A DNA stretch of 64,000 nucleotides, taken from contig OZ241829.1 in assembly GCA_965202585.1 (NCBI GenBank), positions 21,018,001 through 21,082,000 on the forward strand, in the 5' to 3' direction. Both the position numbers and the translations under genes were made by a program. Below, in pieces: positions 23,366 through 37,262 of the stretch (the first letter of the stretch is position 1; each line of letters starts with the position of its first letter). The DNA comes from Thalia democratica. Its lineage: Eukaryota. Under the pieces are notes generated by a model. That model was not told the DNA's origin and ran no database searches. It saw nothing but the letters and a program-made list of their open reading frames with translations.

Positions 23366-26240
23366 ATTATAAAATGTAATAAAAAAAACTTATGGGATTT
23401 TGCAATTGAGTCTCACAGACTACAAATATATTAAAAAAATATTTAAAAGACACATCATCTAAACAGGTTTGTCTTAGTTGATCAACGTGATAAACTATGA
23501 TTTTTAATAAAATTTTCATTAGGTTTTATTTATCTAAGTCACACAAACTTTAATGTAGTAAGATATTATATGAAAAACCCTATTCTCTAGTTAAATAAAA
23601 TTAAAAAGAAATTTTTTTCTTTCAACTGTTTTTCTTAGTCCCTTATTTGTTTTCACTATTTTAAAATTTTCTTATGCAATATGTTCAGATGTACAGTATA
23701 TACATTATGAATAAGGTTTAGTTTATAATAGGTTACATATTTTGAGAGTGCTTTAACTATATAAATTAAGTATATATGAATCACAACAATAAAATAACTA
23801 ATTTTCAAAAATATTTTTGAATTTTTCAAAGCTTAATATAGTTTTTACGACACTTTTGGCGCTAATGAGCTAAATTTTGTCGATCTGTGGGAAGTATATT
23901 ATATAGTGTAGTAAATTTGCTAGTAAATAAACTGTTATTTTAATACTTTTTTGAAATAAAAACAAGTATGGATAGCGTAAATTTTAACAATAAATACTGT
24001 TGACGTCTTAATTATTTGATATAAGTTTAGTGTTCTTAGTTCTAGTAGCTCTTTGATTTAAAATTATTTGTAATAGTTCGCGCTTCCTATTGCATTATAA
24101 GAACAATATCTTTCTTTATACTATTATGTTTAATTTCTTGTATTAAAAACTGAATTTAACAACAAAATATTGTTAGTCATATAAATTTGATAATTTAATA
24201 ATCTATACTAAGTTTGAAGCTGATACCACAACTTTTTTTAAATGGAAATTGAAGTTTGTTTTTGTATGAACAGCTGTTTTATAGTTGAATTAAAATCAAT
24301 TAATTAAAACAATAGTTTCAACTATAAATTTTAAATTACTTTCATCAAATTCATGTCTTTATTAGCTGGTTTTTTTTTAGTAAATATAAAATAACTTTAA
24401 AAATAAAGTGTGAACCATGTCTAATACATTTTTAAAATCATTTCACTCTATTTAATATAAATATGTTTATTGAACGAAATCAACGCGCTCAAATATTTGG
24501 TCCAAGGACCTGGTGTACGAAAAAACCTTTCGGTTATCTCGAGTCATACACCAGAATACAGTTTAAAGTCATATCCAGAGCAATTAGTAATGAAAAAATT
24601 ACTAAAACGTTAAAATGTTGCAATTTGATCATTTTATACATAAAGCTAGTAAGGTTTTGTTTTTTGTAAAACTAAAAAAAAAATTAATAACATATATCAG
24701 CAAAGTAAAATAAACAGTCAGATTTTATATAATTAATTGAATAATAGCAATGTAAAAAACTAATACTATTTTCCATAACAAAATAAGCAAGTTATCTAAG
24801 TAAATGACTGATGTTAAAAAGTATGTTGTTTAAAAATATAGCGTTTAGTGAGAAATATCGGTCTAGTATTAATGACTTATTTATAAACTAAGTAATTCTC
24901 AAACAAATAAATTCAACTTGAGTTTAGTTATAAAATTTTTATTTTGATTTTCGGTAAATTTAAGCAAGTATTGAAGTTTAAATTTAATCAGACAAAAAAG
25001 AAATACTTCCAATTTTGTTTTTTTCATAAATACATAAATTCAAAAATTTTATTTTTAATAAAAGCTTATTTAGATAACCTAAATTTTATTTTACAAACAA
25101 ACTGCAGAAAAAATATCGATAAAGTCTTTAACATCAAAAGCTGTTTGCAATAAGTTACAGGAAACTAAACCTGAACAAAAAAAATCTTGAAATAATAATA
25201 AATTATTATTGTAAGTTTATTGTCATACGATGGACCCAGGAATCAAAACCTAGGCCACTTATACAGAAAGACATACAACAAAAAGACAAAAATAAACCAA
25301 AATTGTACATTAAAAATGAAAAAAACTGAGTTTAACTAATTAAAGTTTAAAATTAACATAAAAACACAAAAATTATAACACAAAATTTATAATTCCGGTG
25401 CTTCCGAAAAGAGAACAACAATATTCTACTCCATCTTCACCCGAACAAATGGTTTCACTCCAAAACTGGTTTCACTTTCATTCGAACAGCTGGCTTCACA
25501 TTATTTGAACAACTGGTTCAGCCTTAATTTGAGTAACTGGTTTAACTTTTATCCATACAACTTGTTTCACTTTTATTCGTATAACTAGAACCGCTTTTAT
25601 CTAAACAACGTGGTTCACTTTTGTTAGGAGAGCCTGCTTCATATTTACTTTTAAATCTTTAATACTCAGATAACTCAGCGTTTGTTGAATAAATTAAATA
25701 TACGCTATTTTTTTTTATGTCTTAGTAAATTATTAGTATTTGAAATTTTGTTATTTGATATTTTCAAAATAAATGTAATATAGAACGGTTTTTCACCTCA
25801 CTAAACTTGTAGTGCACAGTAAAATTATTTCTATGCACACTAGTGTGCACAGGTACACACTGTGAAACCACTGTATTAGCTTCTTATCTACTACGTAGGG
25901 TTAATGTAGTTCTACTTAGTTTAACAGAGTTTCTGTTGCACATCCAAACGCTTTATAATAATCAGGGAGTGGAGTAATACCGCCCCCTGCGGACAAAAAA
26001 GTAAATTACTAGTTAGTAAAGAAGCGATGTATGGATTTTTAGGTATAAGCTGCGAAGATAACACATTAAAGTTATTCACTTCCGTTTTTAATTAAAAATC
26101 TACAAAGGCTTTGCAAAGTTAATTAGAAAGCTGGTGATAACTTATTTATAATATTAGGCATTCCAATATACAATTTGCATAATTTTTTCATATTTATTTG
26201 AAAATCGTGAATTAGTCAACAGTAAAAACACTACGTTTGA

Positions 26241-26340
26241 NNNNNNNNNNNNNNNNNNNNNNNNNNNNNNNNNNNNNNNNNNNNNNNNNNNNNNNNNNNN
26301 NNNNNNNNNNNNNNNNNNNNNNNNNNNNNNNNNNNNNNNN
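26241..26340. other. Assembly gap (100 N, size unknown)
   Basis: Run of exactly 100 N. Confidence 1.
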
Positions 26341-26396
26341 TACTTAAATGGTTAATAATAATTAAAATTTTAAGGTTTGTGGTGTCTAAAATTAGT

Positions 26397-26808
26397 ATGA
26401 ATTTCAATTCGCTTGATGTCAATATTTTCAAAAAACTTTGTGAAAGCAATGATGAAAACAAGAACATTTTCTTTTCACCACTGAGCATTTCGCTCGCTCT
26501 CTCAATGCTACTGATAGGATCTAATGGCGCAACCAAGAAGCAACTTGAAGAGGCACTAGGAATTGTGAAGGATGAAAAACTTCTTTCGAATCTTAAAGAG
26601 CTGAGTGGTGTAGTCAATTTTAACTCTGATGGTTTGAAGCAATGATGATGAAGCAACTGAAGCTGCTGCAGCAACTGGATTAGAATTGGTTTATGATTAC
26701 GAAAACGTTTATCTGAAACCAAAACTGTTTGAAGTTCAATATCCATTTGTGTTAATGATTTTATACAAAAACCAAACTTTGTTCATGGGAAAAGTTACTT
26801 CGTTGTAA
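26397..26808 (+). pseudogene. Serpin B3 with about 720-bp internal deletion and frameshift
   Basis: The N-terminal part (to DGLK) is joined through a short filler to the hinge/RCL/C-terminus in another frame. TGA stops follow the junction. Confidence 0.9.
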
Positions 26809-28149
26809 GTTATCATGAGTCGTTATTTTCTGAAATGTTTTTCTTTTTATGTAATATATACATTAGTTGTGTTAGATGCTACGCAGAATTTTGTTTAAAT
26901 GTTTTGTTTTTTTTAGGTCTAATATCTTTCATGTGTTTGTATATTGGTCATCAATAAAATAAACTTAAGAAATGAATTACTTATTTACTAGTATATAACA
27001 AAAGCAATATATTCTTTATTGACATTAAAAAACAAAGACAGTAATAAGTAGCGATGATTAAACTTCATATTAGTAAATTTCTAAACATAATTTCAATTTT
27101 CCAGGAAGTAAATATTAATTAGTATTTCTATTGATAAGTCGCAAATTTTAGTCAGCGAAACCGGTTTGTAAACAAATTTTTAATTTGCATAACTTTAACT
27201 AAACAAGGGCTTTACTTTCCAGTAAGTTGGGCAACATTTTTTAGTTAAAACAAATAACTATATACACTTGTTATATAAAATAACATTTGATTAATTTAAA
27301 AGTTAAAGGATCAAAGCTTAAACTAACTTTCTTGTATATTACACAAGATTATTGCATAGTTGAAATATAATAAAGTTTAAATGTTTATCAATTTAAGTTT
27401 CTGGTTTTGTTATACATATTTAATAAAACTTTGTTCAACAGTATAAACTTCAACTGTATCTGTTTTCAAGAAGCTAATTAAATCATAATACTTAAAATTA
27501 TAAACAAAGTAGTAATTTTTAAGAATCAAAAACAATAAACTTTTTTTTTTTTCAAACGTAGTGTTTTTACTGTTGACTAATTCACGATTTTCAAATAAAT
27601 ATGAAAAAATTATGCAAATTGTATATTGGAATGCTTAATATAATAAATAAATTATCACTATCTTTCTAATTAACTTTGCAAAGCCTTTGTAGATTTTTAA
27701 TTAACAACGGAAGTGAATAACTTTAATGTGTTATCTTTGCAGCTTATAACTAAACTTCTAGACATCGCTTAATTACTAACTAATCGTTTACTTTTTCGTC
27801 CGCAGGGGCGGTATTACTCCACTTCCTGATTTACATAAAGCGTTTGGATGTGCAACAGAAGTTCTGTTAAACTAAGTAGAACTACATTAACCCTACGTAG
27901 TAGATAAGAAGCTAATACAGTGGTTTCACAGTGTGTACCTGTGCACACTAGTGTGCATAGAAATAATTTTACTGTGCACTACAAGTTTAGTGAGGTGAAA
28001 AACCGTTCTATATTACATTTATTTTGAAAATTTCAAATAACAAAATTTCAAATACTAATAATTTGCTAAGACATAAAAAAAAATAGCGTATATTTAATTT
28101 ATTCAACAAACGCTGAGTTATCTGAGTATTAAAGATTTGAAAGTAAATA

Positions 28150-28400
28150 TGAAGCAGGCTCTCCTAACAAAAGTGAACCACGTTGTTCAGATAAAAGCGG
28201 TTCTAGTTATACGAATAAAAGTGAAACAAGTTGTATGGATAAAAGTTAAACCAGTTACTCAAATTAAGGCTGAACCAGTTGTTCAAATAATGTGAAGCCA
28301 GCTGTTCGAATGAAAGTGAAACCAGTTTTGGAGTGAAACCATTTGTTCGGGTGAAGATGGAGTAGAATATTGTTGTTCTCTTTTCGGAAGCACCGGAATT
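28150..28400 (+). repeat. Degenerate 24-bp minisatellite, probable fossil coding repeat (copies 32399-32650 +, 25390-25640 -)
   Basis: Units aaaagtgaaccacgttgttcagat / aaaagcggttctagttatacgaat / aaaagtgaaacaagttgtatggat / aaaagttaaaccagttactcaaat / taaggctgaaccagttgttcaaat. Confidence 0.7.
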
Positions 28401-28519
28401 ATAAATTTTGTGTTTCATTTTTAACTGCTTTTTTCTAAAACAAACATTTTTATCTGCTATTTACAACAAATTTTTTAATTTATTAAAACTAAAATGGTAG
28501 TCTTATACTTTAAATGACG

Positions 28520-28738
28520 TGTCATAGAGATGCGAACTTCAAGATTTTTGACAACATCTCCTCTACGTGCACAACTGATACCCGTTTTCCAAGCTTGACG
28601 AGGACACCTGCAGCCAGATATGCACGCAGATTTGTCGTGTTGAGCAACGAAATTCTGTGTACATTCATGGTTACTAATCTAAACTACCTCTACACTATGG
28701 AAGTCGCAGTAAGGATTAATGAGAGTGAAGTTGATTAG
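28520..28738 (+). pseudogene. Family X paralog X3b, degenerate
   Basis: The repaired reading gives HLLYVHN*YPFSKLDEDT...RFVVLSNEILCTFMVTNLNYLYTMEVAVRINESEVD*. It lies upstream of serpin B2. Confidence 0.75.
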
Positions 28739-29679
28739 TTTTGAAGATTTTATATGAACGTGCTTAAATTTTATCTAAAGATAATGATTTTGCAGTATTA
28801 ATTACCCGAATTAACTTCTTTAGTTATATTAGTAGAGAATAGGTTTTAACAATGAATAGTTTCAAACCTAAAAATATAGTTACCTCCTATCCCAGATAAC
28901 GAAAAAATGTAGCTCGTTAGCGCCTAAAGTGTCGTGACGAATCAAATAGATCATTGCAAAGTAAAAAAATAATTATTGAAAACCACTTATTTTATGGTTG
29001 TGTTTCATACATAGCAGTTGGTTTAAAATAGGTTCACTCATAATCATTTATCAAATTTTCTAAAAACTTATTAAAACTTATTTATAATGTGCAAGTTATA
29101 CATGTAAATCTGATTCAATGTGATATTTAAAATAATTAAAGGCTTAAAATAAATAGTTAAAAGTGTAAAAATGAACGATGATTAGAATACAGATATTCGT
29201 AATTCTAATAATTTTGAATTTTTATTAATATTATATTATAACAAATGTTATTTCAACAATTTGTTAACACTGTGTTCTTATTGATCAGACCTTAGAATGT
29301 TATTTCTGAATTTGAAGTACTTTTTTAAAAACTAGTTAAAAATAGTTTTAAAGTTTACTAAAATATGGCTGTAGTTGTAAAAGTGATTTTTTTTAAATTT
29401 CCCTTAATGAATATTTTATTTTTTTTTGTTTTACACTATAACATAATCTCTTTATGCTTATCAATCTTCAAGCAAAATTTTTGACATGAGGGTCACTTCA
29501 AAATATTATAAAAACTGTAGTTGTCTTGTAACGTTGTAGAAATGCAGAAAAATCTGTAACTTATTTTAAGGACTTTTTTAAGAGATCTTTAGTTAGAAGT
29601 TAAAACATAAATTGATTTATAACTACTTAAATGGTTAATAATAATTAAAATTTTAAGGTTTGTGGTGTCTAAAATTAGT

Positions 29680-30807
29680 ATGAATTTCAATTCGCTTGAT
29701 GTCAATATTTTCAAAAAACTTTGTGAAAGCAATGATGAAAACAAGAACATTTTCTTTTCACCACTGAGCATTTCTCTCGCTCTCTCAATGCTACTGATAG
29801 GATTTAATGGCGCAACCAAGATGCAGCTTGAAGAGGCACTAGGAATTGTGAAGGATGAAAAACTTCTTTCGAATCTTAAAGAGCTGAGTGGTGTAGTCAA
29901 TTTTAACTCTGATGGTTTGAAAATTAAACTTGCTAACTCTGTCTTTCCATCAGATATGTTTCAGATAATCCCAGAGTACAAAGATGACATGCAATCTGCT
30001 TTAAAATGCCAAATTCAGTCTTTTGACTATAAAAACCGTGCAGAAAACGCGATAGTTGTTATCAATTATTTGGTTGAAGGTTTTACTAATGGAAAAATTA
30101 ATGATTTATTCAGTAAAATGAGCCCTGATATTGCATGTGTTCTAGTTAGTTGTATTTACTTTCGAGTCGATTGGTATGACATGTTCAAGTCCAGTTACAG
30201 AAGAGATTTACCATTCTGTTGTATCGATAAAAAGACTTCTATTGTTAAAATGATGGTAAAAAAGGATTATTATTCGTTTCTTTCAGATGATGAAAAAGAG
30301 TTCAAGTCTGTAACAATTCCTTACAAGAATCCAGATTTTAGTATGCTGATAATTTTACCCGACAGAAGATATGAATTGGAAAGTGTAATCAATAAACTAG
30401 ACAAGAATACAATCGAAAGCATTAAAGACGGTAAAAATTTTAGTAGAGAATATGTTTCGATGAAAATCTCAAAGTTTAAAATCGAATATGAAGCAAATTT
30501 GAACGAAACTCTGCGTTCGTTGGGAATAAAAGACGCTTTTGATTCAGCAAATGCAGATTTTAGTGCAATGTCTGAAGATGCTCTGCAACCAAATGGTAAA
30601 TTTCATGTGTCCGAAGTAGTTCACAAAGCTTGCATTGAGATAAATGATGAAGCAACTGAAGCTGCTGCAGCAACTGGATTAGAACTAGTTTATGATTACG
30701 AAAAATTTTATCCAAAACCAGAACTGTTTGAAGTTCAATATCCTTTTGTGTTAATGATTTTATACAAAAACCAAACTTTGTTCATGGGAAAAGTTACTTC
30801 GTTGTAA
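29680..30807 (+). CDS. Serpin type B copy B2, 375 aa, predicted P1 Asp
   Basis: Full ORF from ATG 29680 (the track starts at an upstream GTG). RCL LELVYDYEKFYPKP. It has substitutions in conserved serpin motifs (YFRVDW, ISKF). Confidence 0.9.
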   Translation: MNFNSLDVNIFKKLCESNDENKNIFFSPLSISLALSMLLIGFNGATKMQLEEALGIVKDEKLLSNLKELSGVVNFNSDGLKIKLANSVFPSDMFQIIPEYKDDMQSALKCQIQSFDYKNRAENAIVVINYLVEGFTNGKINDLFSKMSPDIACVLVSCIYFRVDWYDMFKSSYRRDLPFCCIDKKTSIVKMMVKKDYYSFLSDDEKEFKSVTIPYKNPDFSMLIILPDRRYELESVINKLDKNTIESIKDGKNFSREYVSMKISKFKIEYEANLNETLRSLGIKDAFDSANADFSAMSEDALQPNGKFHVSEVVHKACIEINDEATEAAAATGLELVYDYEKFYPKPELFEVQYPFVLMILYKNQTLFMGKVTSL

Positions 30808-32759
30808 GTTATCATGAGTCGTTATTTTCTGAAATGTATTTCTTTTTATGTAACATATACATTAGTTGTGTTAGATGCTACGCAGAATTTTGTTTAAATT
30901 TTTTGTTTTTTTAGGTCTAATCTCTTTCATGTGTTTGTATATTGGTCGTCAATAAAATAAACTTAAGAAATGAATTACTTATTTACTAGTATATAACAAA
31001 AGCAATATATTCTTTATTGACAATTAAAAACGAAGACAGTAATTAGTAGCGATGATTAAACTTCATATTAGTAAATTTCTAAACATAATTTCAATTTTCC
31101 AGGAAGTAAATATTAATTAATATTTCTAATCTAAATTTTGTTATATAATTGGAGGTGTCCAAATAAAATATTTAATTTACAACCCGTCTTCGGTGACAAA
31201 AAATTGTGACCTCTTCAAGTGAAATAAAATAACTATTTGCACAATGTTGGTTAATTTATGTTATATATAAAGTTATTCATGCGTGAAAATTAAAACAAAA
31301 ACTAAAATTTAATACTAAACAAAAACACATTCCAAGTTAGTTTGTATATAATAAAATAATTTTATTTATTTTACCTAAAAATGTCGCAAATTTTTGTCAG
31401 CGAAACCGGTTTGTAAACAAATTTTTTATTTGCATAACTTTAACTAAACAAGCGCTTTACTTTCCAGTAAGTTGGACAACATTTTTTAGTTAAAACAAAT
31501 AACCATATACACTTGTTATATGAAATAACATTTGATTAATTTAAAAGTTAAAGGATCAAAGCTTAAACTAACTTTCTGGTATATTACACAAGATTATTGC
31601 ATAGTTGAAATATAATAAAGTTTAAATGCTTATCAATTTAAGTTTCTGGTTTTGTTATACATATTTAATAAAACTTTGTTCAACAGTATAAACTTCAACT
31701 GTATCTGTTTTTCAAGAAGCTAATTTAATCATAATACTTAAAATTCTGAACAAAGTAGTAATTTTTAAGAATCAAAAACAATAAACATTATTTCTTTTTC
31801 AAACGTAGTGTTTTTACTGTTGACTAATTCACGATTTTCAAATAAATATGAAAAAATTATGCAAATTGTATATTGGAATGCCTAATATTATAAATAAGTT
31901 ATCACCAGCTTTCTAATTAACTTTGCAAAGCCTTTGTAGATTTTTAATTAAAAACGGAAGTGAATAACTTTAATGTGTTATCTTCGCAGCTTATACCTAA
32001 AAATCCATACATCGCTTCTTTACTAACTAGTAATTTACTTTTTTGTCCGCAGGGGGCGGTATTACTCCACTCCCTGATTATTATAAAGCGTTTGGATGTG
32101 CAACAGAAACTCTGTTAAACTAAGTAGAACTACATTAACCCTACGTAGTAGATAAGAAGCTAATACAGTGGTTTCACAGTGTGTACCTGTGCACACTAGT
32201 GTGCATAGAAATAATTTTACTGTGCACTACAAGTTTAGTGAGGTGAAAAACCGTTCTATATTACATTTATTTTGAAAATATCAAATAACAAAATTTCAAA
32301 TACTAATAATTTACTAAGACATAAAAAAAAATAGCGTATATTTAATTTATTCAACAAACGCTGAGTTATCTGAGTATTAAAGATTTAAAAGTAAATATGA
32401 AGCAGGCTCTCCTAACAAAAGTGAACCACGTTGTTTAGATAAAAGCGGTTCTAGTTATACGAATAAAAGTGAAACAAGTTGTATGGATAAAAGTTAAACC
32501 AGTTACTCAAATTAAGGCTGAACCAGTTGTTCAAATAATGTGAAGCCAGCTGTTCGAATGAAAGTGAAACCAGTTTTGGAGTGAAACCATTTGTTCGGGT
32601 GAAGATGGAGTAGAATATTGTTGTTCTCTTTTCGGAAGCACCGGAATTATAAATTTTGTGTTATAATTTTTGTGTTTTTATGTTAATTTTAAACTTTAAT
32701 TAGTTAAACTCAGTTTTTTTCATTTTTAATGTACAATTTTGGTTTATTTTTGTCTTTTT

Positions 32760-32850
32760 GTTGTATGTCTTTCTGTATAAGTGGCCTAGGTTTTGATTCC
32801 TGGGTCCATCGTATGACAATAAACTTACAATAATAATTTATTATTATTTC
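32760..32850 (+). mobile_element. Possible LINE/SINE 3' tail remnant (mirror 25189-25279)
   Basis: A T-rich tract, then the stem-loop GGCCTAGG-ttttgatt-CCTGGGTCC, then AATAAAC and a TAA-rich tail. It resembles non-LTR 3' ends; the family cannot be assigned. Confidence 0.35.
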
Positions 32851-35753
32851 AAGATTTTTTTTGTTCAGGTTTAGTTTCCTGTAACTTATTGCAAACAGCT
32901 TTTGATGTTAAAGACTTTATCGATATTTTTTCTGCAGTTTGTTTGTAAAATAAAATTTAGGTTATCTAAATAAGCTTTTATTAAAAATAAAATTTTTGAA
33001 TTTATGTATTTATGAAAAAAACAAAATTGGAAGTATTTCTTTTTTGTCTGATTAAATTTAAACTTCAATACTTGCTTAAATTTACCGAAAATCAAAATAA
33101 AAATTTTATAACTAAACTCAAGTTGAATTTATTTGTTTGAGAATTACTTAGTTTATAAATAAGTCATTAATACTAGACCGATATTTCTCACTAAACGCTA
33201 TATTTTTAAACAACATACTTTTTAACATCAGTCATTTACTTAGATAACTTGCTTATTTTGTTATGGAAAATAGTATTAGTTTTTTACATTGCTATTATTC
33301 AATTAATTATATAAAATCTGACTGTTTATTTTACTTTGCTGATATATGTTATTAATTTTTTTTTTAGTTTTACAAAAAACAAAACCTTACTAGCTTTATG
33401 TATAAAATGATCAAATTGCAACATTTTAACGTTTTAGTAATTTTTTCATTACTAATTGCTCTGGATATGACTTTAAACTGTATTCTGGTGTATGACTCGA
33501 GATAACCGAAAGGTTTTTTCGTACACCAGGTCCTTGGACCAAATATTTGAGCGCGTTGATTTCGTTCAATAAACATATTTATATTAAATAGAGTGAAATG
33601 ATTTTAAAAATGTATTAGACATGGTTCACACTTTATTTTTAAAGTTATTTTATATTTACTAAAAAAAAACCAGCTAATAAAGACATGAATTTGATGAAAG
33701 TAATTTAAAATTTATAGTTGAAACTATTGTTTTAATTAATTGATTTTAATTCAACTATAAAACAGCTGTTCATACAAAAACAAACTTCAATTTCCATTTA
33801 AAAAAAGTTGTGGTATCAGCTTCAAACTTAGTATAGATTATTAAATTATCAAATTTATATGACTAACAATATTTTGTTGTTAAATTCAGTTTTTAATACA
33901 AGAAATTAAACATAATAGTATAAAGAAAGATATTGTTCTTATAATGCAATAGGAAGCGCGAACTATTACAAATAATTTTAAATCAAAGAGCTACTAGAAC
34001 TAAGAACACTAAACTTATATCAAATAATTAAGACGTCAACAGTATTTATTGTTAAAATTTACGCTATCCATACTTGTTTTTATTTCAAAAAAGTATTAAA
34101 ATAACAGTTTATTTACTAGCAAATTTACTACACTATATAATATACTTCCCACAGATCGACAAAATTTAGCTCATTAGCGCCAAAAGTGTCGTAAAAACTA
34201 TATTAAGCTTTGAAAAATTCAAAAATATTTTTGAAAATTAGTTATTTTATTGTTGTGATTCATATATACTTAATTTATATAGTTAAAGCACTCTCAAAAT
34301 ATGTAACCTATTATAAACTAAACCTTATTCATAATGTATATACTGTACATCTGAACATATTGCATAAGAAAATTTTAAAATAGTGAAAACAAATAAGGGA
34401 CTAAGAAAAACAGTTGAAAGAAAAAAATTTCTTTTTAATTTTATTTAACTAGAGAATAGGGTTTTTCATATAATATCTTACTACATTAAAGTTTGTGTGA
34501 CTTAGATAAATAAAACCTAATGAAAATTTTATTAAAAATCATAGTTTATCACGTTGATCAACTAAGACAAACCTGTTTAGATGATGTGTCTTTTAAATAT
34601 TTTTTTAATATATTTGTAGTCTGTGAGACTCAATTGCAAAATCCCATAAGTTTTTTTTATTACATTTTATAATCAGGCTTGCCACTTTACCTGGAAACCT
34701 AGAAAAGCCTGGAATTTCACAATAAAGGCAAAAATAAAAATTCGAAAAACCTGGAACTTGAGAAATTTTTACATGTTAGGTAGAAAAATTTTGAAAACTT
34801 GCGACATCTACGTAAAAATAAATCAAGGTTTATTTATTTAACAACTACTCTTTTATATCATTTTAATTTTTTTATTTAGTTTAAGTAAAACAAAATGACT
34901 GTGTCAATTTTTCATAAATTTTTCACAAATTTAATTGTCACTTTATATACAACAAGTTATCTAATACATGGTTTTTTGGTAAAAAAAAACTAACTTTATG
35001 TATTTAAACTATAAGTTATTAATAGAGTATAACTTGATAAGTAAGTTTATAAAATTAACACTTAGTTATAAAACCATACATTAAGATATTTTACAAACAT
35101 ATTAAAACTGACCCTTTGTTTTAACTCGGCGAAAATAGTTGATTAACGTTATGTCTAGAGGAGATACTCTGTATGCTTATAATGGTATGCGTATAAAAAC
35201 TTAAGGAGTAAAATAAATAGTATATAACAGTATTCTTCTTTCTTATTTTAATGCTCTTTCAAATATGCTTCCACAGCAAGTTTTCCCTATAAAATAGCTT
35301 GTACTTATCATTCTGTTTCAGTACAACTAGTAATCACTGACTTTATTTGAATTATTCACCTTTACAGCTTTTGTAGTAAATACAAGTCATTCATAGTAGT
35401 TCTTCTGATTATGAAAATTTGTTCATAACTTTAAATGTTATTGTGTGTGCAGATAAAACTTTACAAGTAGTAAAAATACATTTTCGTATCTATGGTGGTT
35501 TTGTTTGTTTATCAGTATGTTTTAGTATCTATTTACTGTTTTGTCAGGGCTGCAACACGCTCTTTTTATTTTTTAACGAGTTAAATCAAGTTAAATCAAG
35601 TGCAATTAGCTTACAAATGTTTTTATTTATTCTATTATTTTATATTTATTTTATATAATTATTATATTTATTCTATTATTTATTCTATAATTTTAGATCA
35701 TTCACACAAACATTATTAAAAATTTCAGGTAAAATTTTAAACTGTTTCTCACA

Positions 35754-36050
35754 ATGGACGCTCTTTTCAACGTCATGTTCGAAATGGTGAAAGTTTTTCA
35801 AATGGAAACGATCTTTGCTACAATCTTCTTCATCATTGCATGCCTCATCCTCCGAATCCTCTACAAACCATTGAAGTTCCTGGTGAAAACCACCTTCCGG
35901 ATCCTGGAGTTCCCCCTCGTAGTCTTCTGTCAGATCGTGATCTGCATTTTCATGTTTCCCCTGGCTAAAGTGCTTTACAGCAATCCTGGATACGTGATTG
36001 TGCTTATCAAGTACGGGTTTCATCTAGCAAGCAAATTGTTTTCGAAATAG
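35754..36050 (+). CDS. 98-aa membrane microprotein (mirror copy)
   Basis: Identical translation to 21989-22285. Confidence 0.7.
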   Translation: MDALFNVMFEMVKVFQMETIFATIFFIIACLILRILYKPLKFLVKTTFRILEFPLVVFCQIVICIFMFPLAKVLYSNPGYVIVLIKYGFHLASKLFSK

Positions 36051-37054
36051 AATACGCTCTTGTGGAATTTTGAGCCCAAATGCTGTTGGGCTATTTAGTG
36101 ATTTTGTTTTAAATTAAATGTGAATTTTTATATGATCGATCATTAAAGTTTCGCTAAACTATCTACGAGTCGTTGTTATATATTGTGAATAATATTCAAG
36201 TGAAAGTTTGTAGAGGTTTAATAGTATTATGTAAAAAAATCGTTTACTATTGTTTGATAAAAATTAAAAAAAGCGCTTTAAATATATGGTGCTTAGACCT
36301 GGGTCACGACAAAACATTTCGGTTATCGAGTCTTACACCACGGATACTTTTTACCGTCTTGTCCAGGACAAGACATTAAAAAATGCAAGTCAACACTGTA
36401 TATCGAAAAATCTTTTAATTGTTTTTATATTGGAATACATCTTAACTTTGAAGTATTAAAAAATAATTTACTTATTTAAGTATAAATTATAGATGCTTTA
36501 AATTAAGTGTATTTTGAGTATTCTTCAGTATCGAGTTTGTTCAAAAATTTTTGCTTTCCGCGATCAGCTAACTTCTTTCAGTTATGTACTTAGATTACTG
36601 AAAAAAAATTTTTTATAGAAATCATAACTGCCTTTTAGCGCCTTTGAAATCTTTTACAATCAATAAAAGTTAATGTTTCATACTAATTTATTTATCAAAA
36701 TATATATATCTAAAAACAATGCATATATGAAATAAAAATGAGTTTTAATTATTTGTCTAAATAAAAAAGAACTTATAGTAAAATATAGTAAGAACTAAGA
36801 GTTTTATTGAAGTTAAGATTTGTGAAAATACTGATAGTAAATACATATACTGAAAATTTTAAATACTGATTTTGTTAGAAAGAAAATAACAAGAAAGGAT
36901 TTAAAAATTAAAGTAATTAAGTTTCAAACTGAATTTAGCTACATCATACTATATTTTATTTTTAACTAGTAACTATTTAATTTTTATCTGCTATCTGTAA
37001 AACAAATAAAAACTAAAAAAGTAGTCATATACTTTAAATGTCGTGTCATAAAAA

Positions 37055-37262
37055 TTTAACCTTCAAGATTTTTGTCCTCTACTCGCACAACTGAGCCTCG
37101 TTTTTGGCGAGGACACCTGCAGCCAGATATGCTAGCACGCAGATTTGTCGTGTTGAATTACAGCAACGAAGTCTGTTTACATTCATGGTTATGGTTAAGA
37201 ATCTGGACTACCTCTACACTATGGAAGTTGCAGCAAGGATTAATGAGAGAGAAGTTAATTAG
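37055..37262 (+). pseudogene. Family X paralog X3 (mirror copy)
   Basis: Reverse complement of 20777-20984. Confidence 0.75.

Larger units (their letters stand above)
14301..26240. repeat. Left inner arm, near-perfect inverted copy of 31799-43738, ending exactly at the assembly gap
   Basis: All mirrored ORFs translate identically and coordinates sum to 58039. The only mismatch I noticed is at 14308/43731. The last base before the Ns pairs with 31799. Confidence 0.95.

Noticed and set aside
25390-25640. 24-bp periodic array as a CRISPR array
   Set aside because: Contiguous degenerate units without unique spacers, no cas genes, and a eukaryotic context.
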